64,000 nucleotides of DNA, from NCBI RefSeq assembly GCF_037042905.1, contig NC_087246.1, positions 28,582,001 to 28,646,000 of the forward strand. The letters are read 5' to 3'. Positions within the stretch are counted from its first letter, which is position 1; each line of letters begins with the position of its first letter. A model generated the notes under the pieces. The model was not told the origin of the DNA and ran no database searches. It saw nothing but the letters and a program-made list of their open reading frames with translations. The stretch comes from Lytechinus pictus. Lineage: Eukaryota. The position numbers and the translations under genes are program-made. Below are positions 38,111 to 52,550 of the stretch, in pieces.

Positions 38111-41100
38111 AGATTACCAATCCATTGTTCTAATACCATGGATCATGACAGCTCGATCGTCGCACACGTCTCATGGACATGTATTTTTGTTCGCATTTGC
38201 AATTAATATATTGTAGTCTGGATTCAATAAATAGACAAAAATATGTCGGGAATCTGAAATCACGAACGGATCCTTAAACCGGGTAATGAGGGCGAGAGAG
38301 TGAGAGAGAGAGATGGGCAAACATTCGAAACTTAAATAAAATGTGAATGAAAAGTGAAATGCATTTCGGATATTTCATATTGTGTCTACTATTTATAAAT
38401 TTTGCGTGGAAGGAAGACCATATAGAGAATATTGATCGTCATAAAAACTTTTCACACGTGCGCGCCTCGCCTGTGAAAATATATATTCTACGTATTCATT
38501 TTGTCATTAGGTCTTTTAGGATAACAAAGAGAGAGATTCAATGACTGACGTGGAAAGTCTTAAAGCACACTGAGATACACATTTCATGTAGTATGTGCTA
38601 CATAGTGATTACATAGTGCAATTTGTACTTGAAATAAAACTAAACGTGAATTTATGGCGAATATAAGCACGAAACAAAATGGATATAATATACTTGAGTG
38701 TATCCATGTGTAGGTGTAGCCATAAGGAATAGAAATGTGACATAAATTTAGATTACCGGTTAGTTTATATTTAGAAAATACTCACGTAAGTACAGGGGTC
38801 CGTTTCATAAAACTTGTTTCAATAACAAATTTAAAATAACAGTTATAAGCTACTGAAATCCTTCAACCTGATTGGCTGATAGGTAATTTGTTATAGAATT
38901 CTTGCATTTGTTATCATAATAAGTCTTTATGAAACGTGACCCAGATCTAAACCTGGGTTTACATACATGCGTAATTTGCGCCATTTCTTTGCTATTTTGA
39001 GTTACATTGTGTTTTATTTACCTTCATGTTATTGTTGTAATTAATGAAGCATTTTATTGTTTATATATTCATATTTTCTATCCATTATTGTAAAGCACAT
39101 AGAGGGCTACTCTCTACAGAGTCCACTTTTCAAACAGTGGACTCGTGAATGAGATAGCGTACTTAACCATGTGTTTGATAAATAGGCCTACCCTCTACAT
39201 TAAATACTTAAATAATTGAAAAATCGTGATTCGAAAACAAATAAGAAAAAAGTACAACATAAAAAAGATCTCAAGTCACAAATTATTATTTTACAACACG
39301 CCACAGAAATGTTTGGAAAGGATATACTTCTCTCTCTCCCTCTCTGCTTTTAGGTCTCCCTTTCCCCCTGTCTTGTCCCTGTCTAAAATATCGTATCTAA
39401 ATTCTGCTCTTCTTTTTCACTGCAGGAACTATTTGGGAGATTATATTTTCCTTCCCTGGCCCTCTTTCCTGAGTACATCTCCATTCTTCATCTAAGATTA
39501 TCATCCGCCACAATTTAACCTGAGAACACCTAGGCTTAGGCTTGTTTTTCTTTCATGTTATGTTGGCTTTTAACTTTATTTACTTTCATTTAGCAGGGTT
39601 TATGATTCAATATAATATTATTTAATATATGGCGTGTTATTGATGTAACACAAGTCTTCCTTGTCATTGATGCATCTATTTCTCCAATATTATAAATAGC
39701 TATTTATTCTTTTTTATGCACTACAAGAACTACGGCATTTACTTACCGCCAGCCTGGAATCTATGTGTCCACACCAGATAAGTGTTTATACAACACCAAT
39801 TAGTATCAAAACAGCATCGGTTTGATTCCAAACTAGTGTTGTTTCAATACATCTCTGGTGTGGACAGGCCTATATAGATTCCGGGCTGGTGTTAAATTAA
39901 CATTAATTACTGTGTGTATGTGTATTCAATTAGATGATCAAAGTGTGTGTCACCCCGTAAAGAGTCACACAATTCTTTACGTTTAATTTTCTTACTTTGT
40001 ATTCTAAGAAGTATAAACGAGAATATAACACAAATTAAGATTAAAATCGAATTGTCATAGCTTTAAATATCCTGATCACCAGTTTTATATGTGTATTTGT
40101 CTTTCTAATTCTTTTTATAATTCCTAAAATTGGGAAATTAGAGCACATCGGAACAAAAACATGGTCGTACCCAGTACGACAATACACCAAACGGTGGACT
40201 GTACTTTTTCCAGAAGAAGAAGAAAAGTATTTTAAAAAGGAGAAGAAAAACCATAACAGGGAAATGGATTATCAACTTGAAACAAAAGTTTCTGAAATTT
40301 CATTGTAAATTATTCTTTCCATACTTATTTGGTGTTTTGAAAAAGACCATATCATGCAGCAGCCATATATCATGTGTGATAAGTGTTTTTTTTTAATTGA
40401 CCGTAATCTAATGTATTACATATTTAACATAGACATGATAGAGGGCAGCATTGTAAAGAGTTTTTTCTACCATGTTGCAAGTGTTGCATTGCACGTAGCA
40501 TTTTTAAGGAAAGAGACGCCACAATTCCAGCTGAATTTGAAACGCGCACTCGAAGATACATATTATTTCATTGATGTAAAACGAAATGGTTAGATATCCA
40601 TCTAGATTTCCCTTGTTATGCACATCTTATACCCCAAAAGTTAGGGTTAGGATTAGGGTTCGCTCTAGACCAAAAGCTTTGATCTCTGGTAGTTCCACTG
40701 AACTCCGTTGATATTTAAAAGCTCCTCGAAACAGACGGCTGCCAGCTGCCTCGGATTGTCTGTCGCAAAAGGAACTCTTTTCCATAACCGGGCCACCGGT
40801 TTTACGGCCATGACAAATCAAACCGGCTTTATGCCAAATTTTATATGTTTACATTCATTATACAGTATATTTAGTTATATGGATGAAGTAAGTGTTTTGT
40901 TATAAGAAAATGAATTATTTTGAATTGAAATAAAAAAAAACATGTTTGGGGGTGGAACAGATAAAAGCCACCCTTTTCATATTATAAAAGATACAAAAAC
41001 CAAAAAACAACAACAACAATTTCAGAATTAAAGAACATCTTTTCAATAATGAGCCGTGTCCGTTCTTGCGGAGTGATCTATAAATATTGAAATATTGGCA

Positions 41101-42664
41101 CCCGTTTATTTTTTGAAATGATGAATTTAAACTAAAAATCAAGTCTAAAAACGATAAGTGTTTTGACTTAAAGCTTGCAGCATTGAATTGAATTGCTTTA
41201 ATCGGTGTAATATTAGTTGAAGATCACTATTGTTGGCTGAGACATCCCGAAAATGTATTCAAGAGGATTTATTTGAAAACAAAGGAAACAGAAAGCTGGT
41301 TATTTTAATTAATATTATCACTCAATATTTTAATGTTTTTTAACCTCATCTTCATCCATAGATCTGAAGATTGAATGTTTACACCTGTTTATTAACACCG
41401 GCGTTCATTAAGTTACTACATGTAACATCGGCGCAAAAAAGTAACACATCTTATATGGATTTTATACAGTTCTGAGAATGACCGTTGATTAAATTGATAA
41501 ACGATCAATTCGAGAAGCCTTTCTGAGAATATTTTTTTAGTTGTCTTTATTATGTTAATTCAAGTAAATACATCTATACAGTATCATCATTTTACGAGTA
41601 ACATAGTGCAAATAAAGTAGACACAATTTTCCAATATTCATAAATATTCATTTAGTAGACTTACCATCGCTATTGAACATTTTTAGTTTAAATCACTTTG
41701 TTGTACTATGGAACCCATGTTAATTTTGTGCTACTCTGTACAGGATGAATACATTAGATTGAGTAAATAAGACACACAGTAGTACGATACTAGAACTAAC
41801 ATGGTACCCCTTCCAATGATTCTAACTCATTGATCCGTTACAATGATAACACAAGCAAGGTGTTTGATTATTAAAGCTAATGGCTACTTTGTAATGTAGA
41901 ATAAAAATCACAACAATAAACAATGTAATCTTGATAAATCTGATTTTTTAACTTAGCTAACCTTCTAAGGAACAATAACATTTAACAAGTTAATTATTCA
42001 ATATGCATATGTATATATGCATATATATATATATATATATGTGAAGTTATACATGTACAACAGCTTTGGCATCTCTTTTATTTAAATATTGTAAAGAAAT
42101 GGATGCAAAGAAGAATGATAGGCGTAGCTTAAATCAAGGTTCCCCAGAACTATCTACCCTTTGGACAAATTGGTGATGCCGAAAAAATGTCTATAATTTC
42201 CTTTGTCGGGTGAAGGTGGGTTTTGAACAATGACAATATATATATATTTGTCTTTTAAAATGACGCTTTCAATTTTCCTTTTTATAACACGTTCGCATGA
42301 AGTAAATAACATCTAATAATGCCCTATAAAGAACATGTAAACATCAGCTAAGATATAAAGCGATTCTGGACTTGGTTCCTTTTGCAATTGAATGTCCTTT
42401 TTGCTTACTGCAGATAAATATAATTTTTTATTAAATGGAATCATTTTAGCATAAATAATCATAATAATAGTCATTACAAATTATATAAATAACAAGCATA
42501 AAAATAGCATAAAAAATCATGCGATGTTCTCCTCCACATACCAGCCAAAGACGATTCTCATTTAAAAAGCAAGTTAAAAGTAAATGATTCTAGTCTAATT
42601 CTTCTCTCCATACTGCTCCTGAAATACTGCCGGATTCAATAATTTTTTCTGCTTTATTACGTAA

Positions 42665-42780
42665 TCAGAGAACATAGAGGGGGATCGAAATTGTGGCAAC
42701 CAAGGTGCAGATGTTGTAGGTAATCTTGCTTCCATGTCCTGTTGTTGATGCTGAAGTAGAAGCTTGTGTAGTGACAAGCG
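42665..42780 (-). CDS. Gene D terminal exon: S/T linker + GPI-signal-like tail
   Basis: cttaaacag|CG; [38 protein letters not shown]; TTG-x-G motif shared with genes B and C. Confidence 0.8.
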
Positions 42781-45700
42781 CTGTTTAAGAAATGTTACAA
42801 CGGTAAAGGTAAGAAAATTGCGTATTCTGATATGAAAATCGCATATCAACATAATCATTGATAACAATGTTCGTGATTGGTTTTATTTAGCGCTCTTCAC
42901 ACTCTGCGATCTTTCGTATTTCAAGTCTAGTAATAAAACAAAATACATCTCATTTAAGCATCACAAGTTCCTTGTGTGCTGATGATGTCACATCCCCACT
43001 TTCCGTTTTCTTACGTTATTACATAAAATCATAATTTTTTCATTATTTCATACTTGTGTGAATAATATGTCTCCCTTATAATGAAATAAGATGCAGCAAT
43101 TTATATCTATTGCACTAAATCAGTTGTAAATCCAATTTTTCTAGTTCTTGGAGGAAAAAAAATGAATAAACCTAATTTCATATAATAAAATACAAAAGAA
43201 CAAGTGGGGATGTGACATCATTAGCCCACCTTATTAATATTCATGACGACTGTTTTCACAAAATATTGCTAAACTTTAACATTCAATAACTTTGTTATTT
43301 GTTATCCGATTTTGATGAAATTTTCTACATTTTGCTCAGTGAATTATACTCTATTTATTAAGTTATAAATACTTTCAGCCCGGACAATCCCTTTAATATT
43401 GAGCAATTACTCTGCTGGCACTCCGATCCGAAATTATTAAGAACTTTATGATAAAAAAAAATGCCTTATGTTGTAATTTCGATTTAAATTACATGTACAT
43501 CTATTAAGAAAGTCTTGAATCATATTGAACTTGTCATATTGTAATAGTAGGTCTATTTAGGCTTTTTATTTTTTTATCGCATGGCAGCGGATTATCATTC
43601 GAATGGAGTTGGGTTGTATGTAATACAGATATCTTACATGTTTCACATAGGGTACCAGTATATTCTGGAAGACAGGTGCAGGTGTACGCCTCACCACCAG
43701 GAATCCCATTGCAGGTTGCCCCGTTCTCGCAAGAGTTTTCCTCGCATGGACTGACAGCTACAGTTAAAATGTATCAGAATGAAAAGATAAAGTTCGAAAT
43801 GACAGAGTCATGATAGTATTGATTGAACGTTGACAGTCTTAACGCTATTCGAAATTGAAATGAATAAAATGGTAAAGCAATGGTAATAGTATGCACCGCT
43901 TAGAAACACTGTATTCAGGGCTATATGAATGTTGCATATTTTTAAAATCATTATTGTTATTACTATTATTATTATCATTATTATTATTCTCACCATCATC
44001 ATCATCATCATCGTTATTATTATTATCATTATTATTATTAACATTATTATCATCAAGAGCCCATCCCTCACAGACATACAAAAATACGTGCAGAATCAAT
44101 CAAGAATTGAAATGACGTGAATGACCTGAGACGGAATATTTATTTTGGTGGTGTCACTTTGAAATGTCAGTACCCACCTTTTATCTCGTCTGGAAAGCTA
44201 AAAACCTTACTCGAGCTCTGTGCAAGCTTCTAACATAAAATTTATATTTTACTGACATTAGGAGTCAGGGATCATTAATTTGAATGCATATTTTCTATTT
44301 CTGCTCAATTTATATTTTGTTAAACGGTTCATTCTTTAACCATGCAAACGTTTAACGGGAATGCTATGCTAGATATTGTGGTAGACTATAAACATACCTG
44401 TTCCACATCGTGTGCCAGCATATCCCACGGGGCAGTTACATGTATACTCAGAATCCTGGTTACTGCCAATACAAGTTCCTCCGTTCATGCAGGGGTCAGA
44501 ACTACAGGCAACGACTTTTCAGAAGTAGGGAGAAGAAAATGCTTCTTATCAATATATGCATACATGGTCAAAAGCATTTTGAATAATTAAAAAAAGAGCA
44601 AAAGTATCTTTATTTGATTAATTTGTTTGGTATATTTTTCACGTTGACCAAATCACACTTAACATATTACCTGAAGGCCCTATTACCACTCCCGACTGTT
44701 TGATAATTATTTTTTGTCCTATTTTCATTTTCTATTATCCGATGTGACATGAGGCAAATAAGCTCTATTCATATATTAGGCATTTAGTTATTCGGCTAAA
44801 TGAAACAAGACTAAATGTTATAATCGCTGATCTGGTTTATAGACGAACCTAATTCATATTATGAGGCTATAGACCAAGGGTGATCTTCCGGTGTATTATA
44901 AAAAACAGGCAAATTTAATTGATCATACTAATTGCATTTATAAATCTATTTGGTCATTTGTAATCAAAGAGTGAACTCAGTGACGTTTTGGTTGAAAACT
45001 TTCAACACTTCATTGTAAATGATAAAACCCAAGACACATATTACACGAATAATAACCATTGGCATGGAGCGATTGGATTCATAAAAAACGGTATTGGGGC
45101 GGATCCGAAATTTCATAGAAGTGATGGCAGAAACATTTTTAACATTGTTATGTAGCCTTTTCCTAGAAAAATTTCTGCGTCTGAAACTGAATAGACATTT
45201 TCAGAATTTTATTGGGTTACACAGCCAATTTTTTTTTCCATCTACTCCAACCCCCTGGATCCGCGTTTGATAAAAGTTATAAATGTCATTGCTGATGAAT
45301 TGCTGTTACATTTTACATTTTTGTTTTTGTTTATTCATGAATATCAAAACGTTATATTCTTCTTCTTTTCCCCATTTGATATCAATTATTCAGTTGTGAT
45401 GTTTGCTGAGGAGAATTCTTACAAGTGATTTTGAGTTATGATTTTGCTGAGAGGTAATATGTAGTATATGTACGATATATCAAAAGTCAGCCAGGGGCCC
45501 ATAACACAAAGCTTAGCAATGATCGTAGAACAATTTTTACGATTGATTCCATTGACTACAATGTGCAATCAATCGTGAAAATCAAGCTTAAGACCAATCG
45601 ATAACCTTTGTGTTACGGGCCCCAGGAGTAAGGATCTTCATAAAAAATTTACCAAATATAAATCTTATACTATTATAGAAGTTTTAATTGCTTATTTCCG

Positions 45701-48700
45701 AATTATTTCCGAATTAAAAAAACACAATGAACTTGACTGCGTTGACCTGAATCCATAGGACCATATTCTTAAGTCGGGTTTAATCTAAACTCTGGTCTAA
45801 TTTTGTGGTTTAACTATGGATAGCCAATTGTGACATAAATCTCTAACAGTAGAGTGTCATAGTATCAGCTCATTTGATTCTCAAATCATTCTTAATTGTC
45901 TGGAAATGACGAACAAGATAAATGTCTTCACCATTAAAGAATCAGGAAAGAGCACAGTAAAAATAAGAAACATCCCATGTGACCAAATTTTGACACATTT
46001 GACTTCCAGTAATTTTACCACAAAGTTAGACCACGGTCCAAGTTAAAGTTCAGAATATGGGCCATATACTTTTTTTCGAATTATATTTTATTTACCGTCT
46101 GCACATGTACGTCCCGTGTAACCAGTTCCACTACATTCGCACAAGAACTCTGTGTTTTGATCTACATTCTGGCACACCCCTCCGTTTAAGCAAGGCAAGG
46201 AATCGCAGGGGAAAACTTCACATGCAAGGAAATAACATTTAGACGGAGTTAATAGTTTGGAAAAGAATTTTTTGACATGCAAAGAAGAACTGTAGCAGTA
46301 AACATGGCTTATATTATCCTACTACAACCAGACAACTGCAACTCCCCAAACGACAATACTGCTACTGACTCCAACATGTTACTTCTACAACGAGTTCTAC
46401 TGCTATTCTACTACTACTTATATAAAATAATGACTTTTTGCCATAATCTGTTTATTCAATATTAACCTAATCTTATTTGATTCAATGTCGTTTTACAATA
46501 TTTCATGATCACATAAAAATATACACACACACACCCACACATTAGTACATCTACCAGTAAATTCCTTGACATCAACTTTGCCAAAATTCATTGTCACCAC
46601 TGTTATCTCGATAACTCAGTTGTTTTGTTTTATTAGTTACTAATAAGAGCAAAACAACTGCCATTACTACTGTAGCAGTGATGTTTAAGTTGTAAGTATC
46701 ATCATAGTCATCAGCATCAGCTACATTTTACATTTATATTTGTTGAATTATCTTACCCCTTAGTTCACAAAACCGCCCAGCTTGCCAAGGAGGACAGATA
46801 CAATAGAAATTAAGCGAGCCTAATGCACCGCAAGTTCCTCCATTAAAGCAAGGGTTAGGGGTGCAAACATCCGCCTCTGTCATTTCTGTCGATATAAACC
46901 AAAATCGTTTTGGGAAATGCAATTTCTGTCGTGTTTTTTTTCTTTGTCTAGTGCTAAAATAGCGTTAGGTATAATTTGTGCTGCAGAATTTTGATTAACC
47001 CTATTGAGTCCAGGCATGTGATCTGACCCCAGATATGCGTTCACACCGTAACATTGTGTCAGAAATGGATGTCAGCAATGGGCGCTCAGGTTTTGGCCCC
47101 TCCTAGACCCCCTCAAAAAATACCCCCTTGTTCTATGTATATATTTTTTTACCCCAAGTTTCCCATGACCAGAAGTATGTTAATATGATAATCTGGGTAT
47201 AAATTACAAAAATAATTATATAATTATGATTATAATTATAATTATAGGCGGTCGGAAAGGGGGCAGCTGACAACCCCCCCCCCTGTCGAAAATGCATCTG
47301 GTTTGTTAAAATTTACCCCATGAAGCCCATGAACCAAACTTGATATGAATTATAATAGGTATACGTAACAAAAATATGGAAGCATAAATACGTTTCCCTC
47401 GTTCCGTATTGAAGTTCCTTAAATGTTTGTTTCCAAGGTTTACAGTCTGTAACGAAACTCCCTACTGAATTCGTTAATCCCTGCCAGGCTGGAAAGACGA
47501 CCCGGGGGGGGGGGGGTCTATTGTGTATGTAATTTGGATGATTTTGTCGACAATAACTGCTGAAGAGATTTATCAATGATGAAAAAATAATTTGTCGTAT
47601 TCTGAGGTGTTATGACGATAAACAACTACATTCTTGATAGTATATACATACACGGATATTAGCATTGACAAAGTAAAGATACCCATTATCTTCCTTACCT
47701 TGGAAAAATGCTCACAATTATGTAAGGCATATAAGAAATTAACTATTTTCTTGTGTGAGAGGGTGTGTGTGTGTATGTGTGTGTGAAAAAAGATCATGCT
47801 CGTGACAAACACACTCTTAAAACCTTTCAGAATTTTGGTTAATATTGATCATTTTCATCTGTCGGACACATGTTTCCCAACAGATTCTTATACTTTGACC
47901 AATCCTTTTTGAGAGTTTTATGTTTATCCGTTACTTGATTTCCATTGTAATGTGAAGTACAAGAAATTCTTCTCTGACTAGTGTGCATATAAAGGAAACA
48001 AATACCTCCAGGGAAAGCCTTTGCTATCACATCATCATCATCGTCATCAACTTCATCATCACCAGCCCATTACCTTGATTGTCACATGTAGTACCGGCGT
48101 AGCCAGGCGCACAGGAACAGACAAATTCTGATTCTTGATTCACATCTTCACACGTCCCACCATTTTGACATGGATTGGAGTCACAAGGAAACACTGAGAT
48201 GAATATTAAAAGAAATAGAATGGCAATTTTGAAGTAAGTTCTCATTTCATTAAAATAATGGAAGCATGATATTTATTCGTGTAGAATAAAAGAAACCACG
48301 AATATATCAACTCAATCTTCACAAAAAGATAAAATAGTTTGAAAACAATTAATATTTTTCAACTGAATTCCGATGTAGACTATTTTTGGCCAGTTTCTCA
48401 ACATTTCAACTCTGTATTCATGACAACCTGAACTATCAAATCCAAAGGAGTCTATCCTTAACAGTGAAAGTCTAACACCAAATCCATTGTATTTTATTTG
48501 TTAAATTACCATGTAAACGTCAAATTTGCCACATAACTGTAGCAAATGACAAATCTGTATTATAGTTGAATACGAGTATTATCATCATAATCACGGTCAT
48601 ATCATACGATTCAAAGGAATATGTAAGGTTGGTCTAGAAGTACTTTTCTAATCATACTTTAAGAGTATAATGATTTAGATAACGCCGTTCATTACTTTGT

Positions 48701-51700
48701 AACAAAAGACTGCCAACGAATCATAATCAAAATCAAATATCGTTATCATATCGCAAACGATTTTCCACTAAGGTGTGCACTTGTTTGAAAAAATTATATA
48801 TATACAGTACATGTATATATATATATAATAATCATATATACATGTATATATAACAGGTTGGTGGCATAAATCACAAAGATCAAAATAATTAATCGTCCTC
48901 AGCGTGATCATCACCCTTATTAATCTTCTTTACCACAATCAGTATTCTCACCAAGGTAATGACAGGTTGGTCCAGCGTATGGAGGTATGCAGTTACACAT
49001 GAAGCTCCTACCTGATAGTTCGCATGTACCACCAGATAGGCACGGGTTCGGATCGCAGGCATTTGAAACTGATAAATAATATATGCATNNNNNNNNNNNN
49101 NNNNNNNNNNNNNNNNNNNNNNNNNNNNNNNNNNNNNNNNNNNNNNNNNNNNNNNNNNNNNNNNNNNNNNNNNNNNNNNNNNNNNNNNNNNNNNNNNNNN
49201 NNNNNNNNNNNNNNNNNNNNNNNNNNNNNNNNNNNNNNNNNNNNNNNNNNNNNNNNNNNNNNNNNNNNNNNNNNNNNNNNNNNNNNNNNNNNNNNNNNNN
49301 NNNNAGTAGTCGTATAGTAGTCGTAGTAGTATAATTATTATCAATGGAAAAGATTGCAAAGTTTTGCTTGCTTATTTCCGAAAAAAAAAACACAATGAAC
49401 TTGACTGCGTTGACCTGAATCCATAGGACCGTATTCTTAAGTCGGGTTTAATCTAAACTCTGGTCTAATTTTGTGGTTTAACTATGGATAGCCAATTGTG
49501 ACATAAATCTCTAACAGTAGAGTGTCATAGTATCAGCTCATTTGATTCTTAAATCATTCTTAATTGTCTGGAAATGACAAACAAGATAAATGTCTTCACC
49601 ATTAAAGAATCAGGAAAGAGCACAGTAAAAATAAGAAACATCCCATATGACCAAATTTTGACACATTTGACTTCCAGTAATTTTACCACAAAGTTAGACC
49701 ACGGTCCAAGTTAAACCCGAGTTCAGAATACGGGCCATATACTTCTTTTCGAATTATATTTTATTTACCGTCTGCACATGTACGTCCCGTGTAACCAGTT
49801 CCACTACATTCGCACAAGAACTCTGTGTTTTGATCTACATTCTGGCACACCCCTCCGTTTAAGCAAGGCAATGAATCGCAGGGGAAAACTTCACATGCAA
49901 GGAAATAACATTTAGACGGAGTTAATAGTTTGGAAAAGAATTTTTTGACATGCAAAGAAGAACTGTAGCAGTAAACATGGCTTATATTATCCTACTACAA
50001 CCAGACAACTGGAATTCTCCAAACGACAATACTGCTACTGACCCCAACATGTTACTTCTACAACGAGTTCTACTGCTATTCTACTACTACTTATATAAAA
50101 TAATGACTTTTTGCCATAATCTGTTTATTCAATATTAACCTAATCTTATTTGATTCAATGTCGTTTTACAATATTTCATGATTACATAAAATACACACAC
50201 CCACACATTAGTACATCTACCAGTAAATTCCTTGACATCAACTTCTTTGCCAAAATTCATTGTCACCACTGTTATCTCGATAACTCAGTTGTTTTGTTTT
50301 ATTAGTTACTAATAAGAGCAAAACAACTGCCTTTACTACTGTAGCAGTGATGTTTTAGTCGTAAACATCATCATAGTCATCAGCATCAGCTACATTTTTG
50401 ATTTATATTTGTTGAATTATCTTACCCCTTAGTTCACAAAACCGCCCAGCTTGCCAAGGAGGACAGATACAATAGAAATTAAGCGAGCCTAACGCACCAC
50501 AAGTTCCTCCATTAAAGCAAGGGTTAGGGGTGCAAACATCCGCCTCTGTCATTTCTGTCGATATAAACCAAAATCGTTTTGGGAAATGCAATTTCTGTCG
50601 TGTTTTCTTTTTCTTTGTCTAGTGCTAAAATAGCGTTAGGTATATTTTGTGACTGGAGGCTGCAGCATTTTGATTAACCTTATTGGGTCAGTGGAATTTG
50701 ACCCCAGACATGTGTTTATACTATGACATTGTGTCAGAAATGGATGTCAGCAATGGCCCTTCAGCTTTTGGCCCCTACTAGACCCCCTCCAAAATACCCC
50801 CTTGTTCTATATTTTATTCTTTACCCCACGTAGCCCATGACCAGAAGTATGTTAATATGATAATCTGGGTATAAATTACAAAAATAATTATATAATTATG
50901 ATTATAATTATAATTATATGCGGTCGGAAAGGGGGCAGCTGACAACCCCCCCCCCTGTCGAAAATGCATCTGGTTTGTTATAATTTACCCCATGAAGCCC
51001 ATGAACCAAACTTGATATGATAATAGGTATACGTAACAAAAATATAGAAGCATATATACGTTTCCCTCTTTTCGTATCAAAGTTCCCTAAATGTTTGCTT
51101 CCAAGGTTTACAATCTGTAACGAAACTCCCTACTTCCCTACTGAATTCGTAAACCCCTGCCAGGCTGGAAAGACGACCCGGGGGGGGGGGGGTCTATCGT
51201 TCAATGTTCACCAAAAGATTCGTTACCTTGACCTATCCTTTTTAAAAGTGTTTACTTTATCCGTTACTCGATTTCCATTGTAATGCGAAGAGCAAGAAAT
51301 TCTTCTCTGACTAGCGTGCATATAAAGGAAACAAATACCTCCAGGAACAGATTTTGCAAACACATCATCATCATCGTCATCATCGTCATCATCATCATTA
51401 TCATCATCATCATCATCATCATCGTCATCAACTTTATCATCACCAGCCCATTACCTTGATTATCACAGGTAGTACCGGCGTAGCCGGGCGCACAGGAACA
51501 GACAAATTCTGATTCTTGATTCACATCTTCACACGTCCCACCATTTTGACATGGATTGGAATCACAAGGAAACACTGAGATGAATATTAAAAGAAATAGA
51601 ATGGCAATTTTGAAGTAAGTTCTCATTTCATTAAAATAATGGAAGCATGATATTTATTCGTGTAGAATAAAAGAAACCACGAATATATCAACTCAATCTT

Positions 51701-52209
51701 CACAAAAAATATACTAGTTTGCAAGCAATGAAGCTCTTTCAACTGAATTCCGATGTAGACTATTTTTGGCCAGTTTCTCTGCATTTAAACTCTGTTTTGA
51801 TGACAACCTGAACTATCAAATCCAAAGGAGTCTATCCTTAACAGTGAAAGTCTAACACCAAATCCATTGTATTTTATTTGTTAAATTACCATGTAAAAGT
51901 CAAATTTGCCACATAACTGTAGCAAATGACAAATCTGTATTATAGTTGAATACGAGTATTATCATCACGGTCATCCCATACGATTCAAAGAAATATGTAA
52001 GGTTGGTCTAGAAGTACTTTTCTAATCATACTTTAAGAGTATAATGATTTAGATAACACCGTTCATTACTTTGTAACAAAAGACTGCCTACGAATCATAA
52101 TCAAAATCAAATATCATTATCATATCGCAAACTATTTTCCACTAAGGTGTGCACTTGTTTGAAAAAAAAAAAATTTATACATGTGTATACATATATATAA
52201 TAATTATAT

Positions 52210-52263
<54 letters not shown>

Positions 52264-52515
52264 CAGGTTGGTGGCATAAATCACCAAGATCAAATTAATT
52301 AATCGTCCTCAGCGTGATCATCACCTTTATCAATCTTCTTTACCACAATCATTATTCTCACCAAGGTAATGACAGGTTGGTCCAGCGTATGGAGGTATGC
52401 AGTTACACATGAAGCTCCCACCTGATAGTTCGCATGTACCACCAGCAAGGCACGGGTTCGGATTGCAGGCATTAGAAACTGATAGATAATATATGCATAT
52501 TATTATTATTATTAT

Positions 52516-52550
<35 letters not shown>

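Noticed and set aside
43808-44120. Ile/Met- or Asn/Asp-rich ORFs
   Set aside because: Translation of (ATT)n/(ATC)n microsatellites.
51130-51180. Plus-strand EFVNPCQAG as an extra EGF exon (also ~47465-47500)
   Set aside because: Wrong strand, only one cysteine, and no EGF spacing or splice context.
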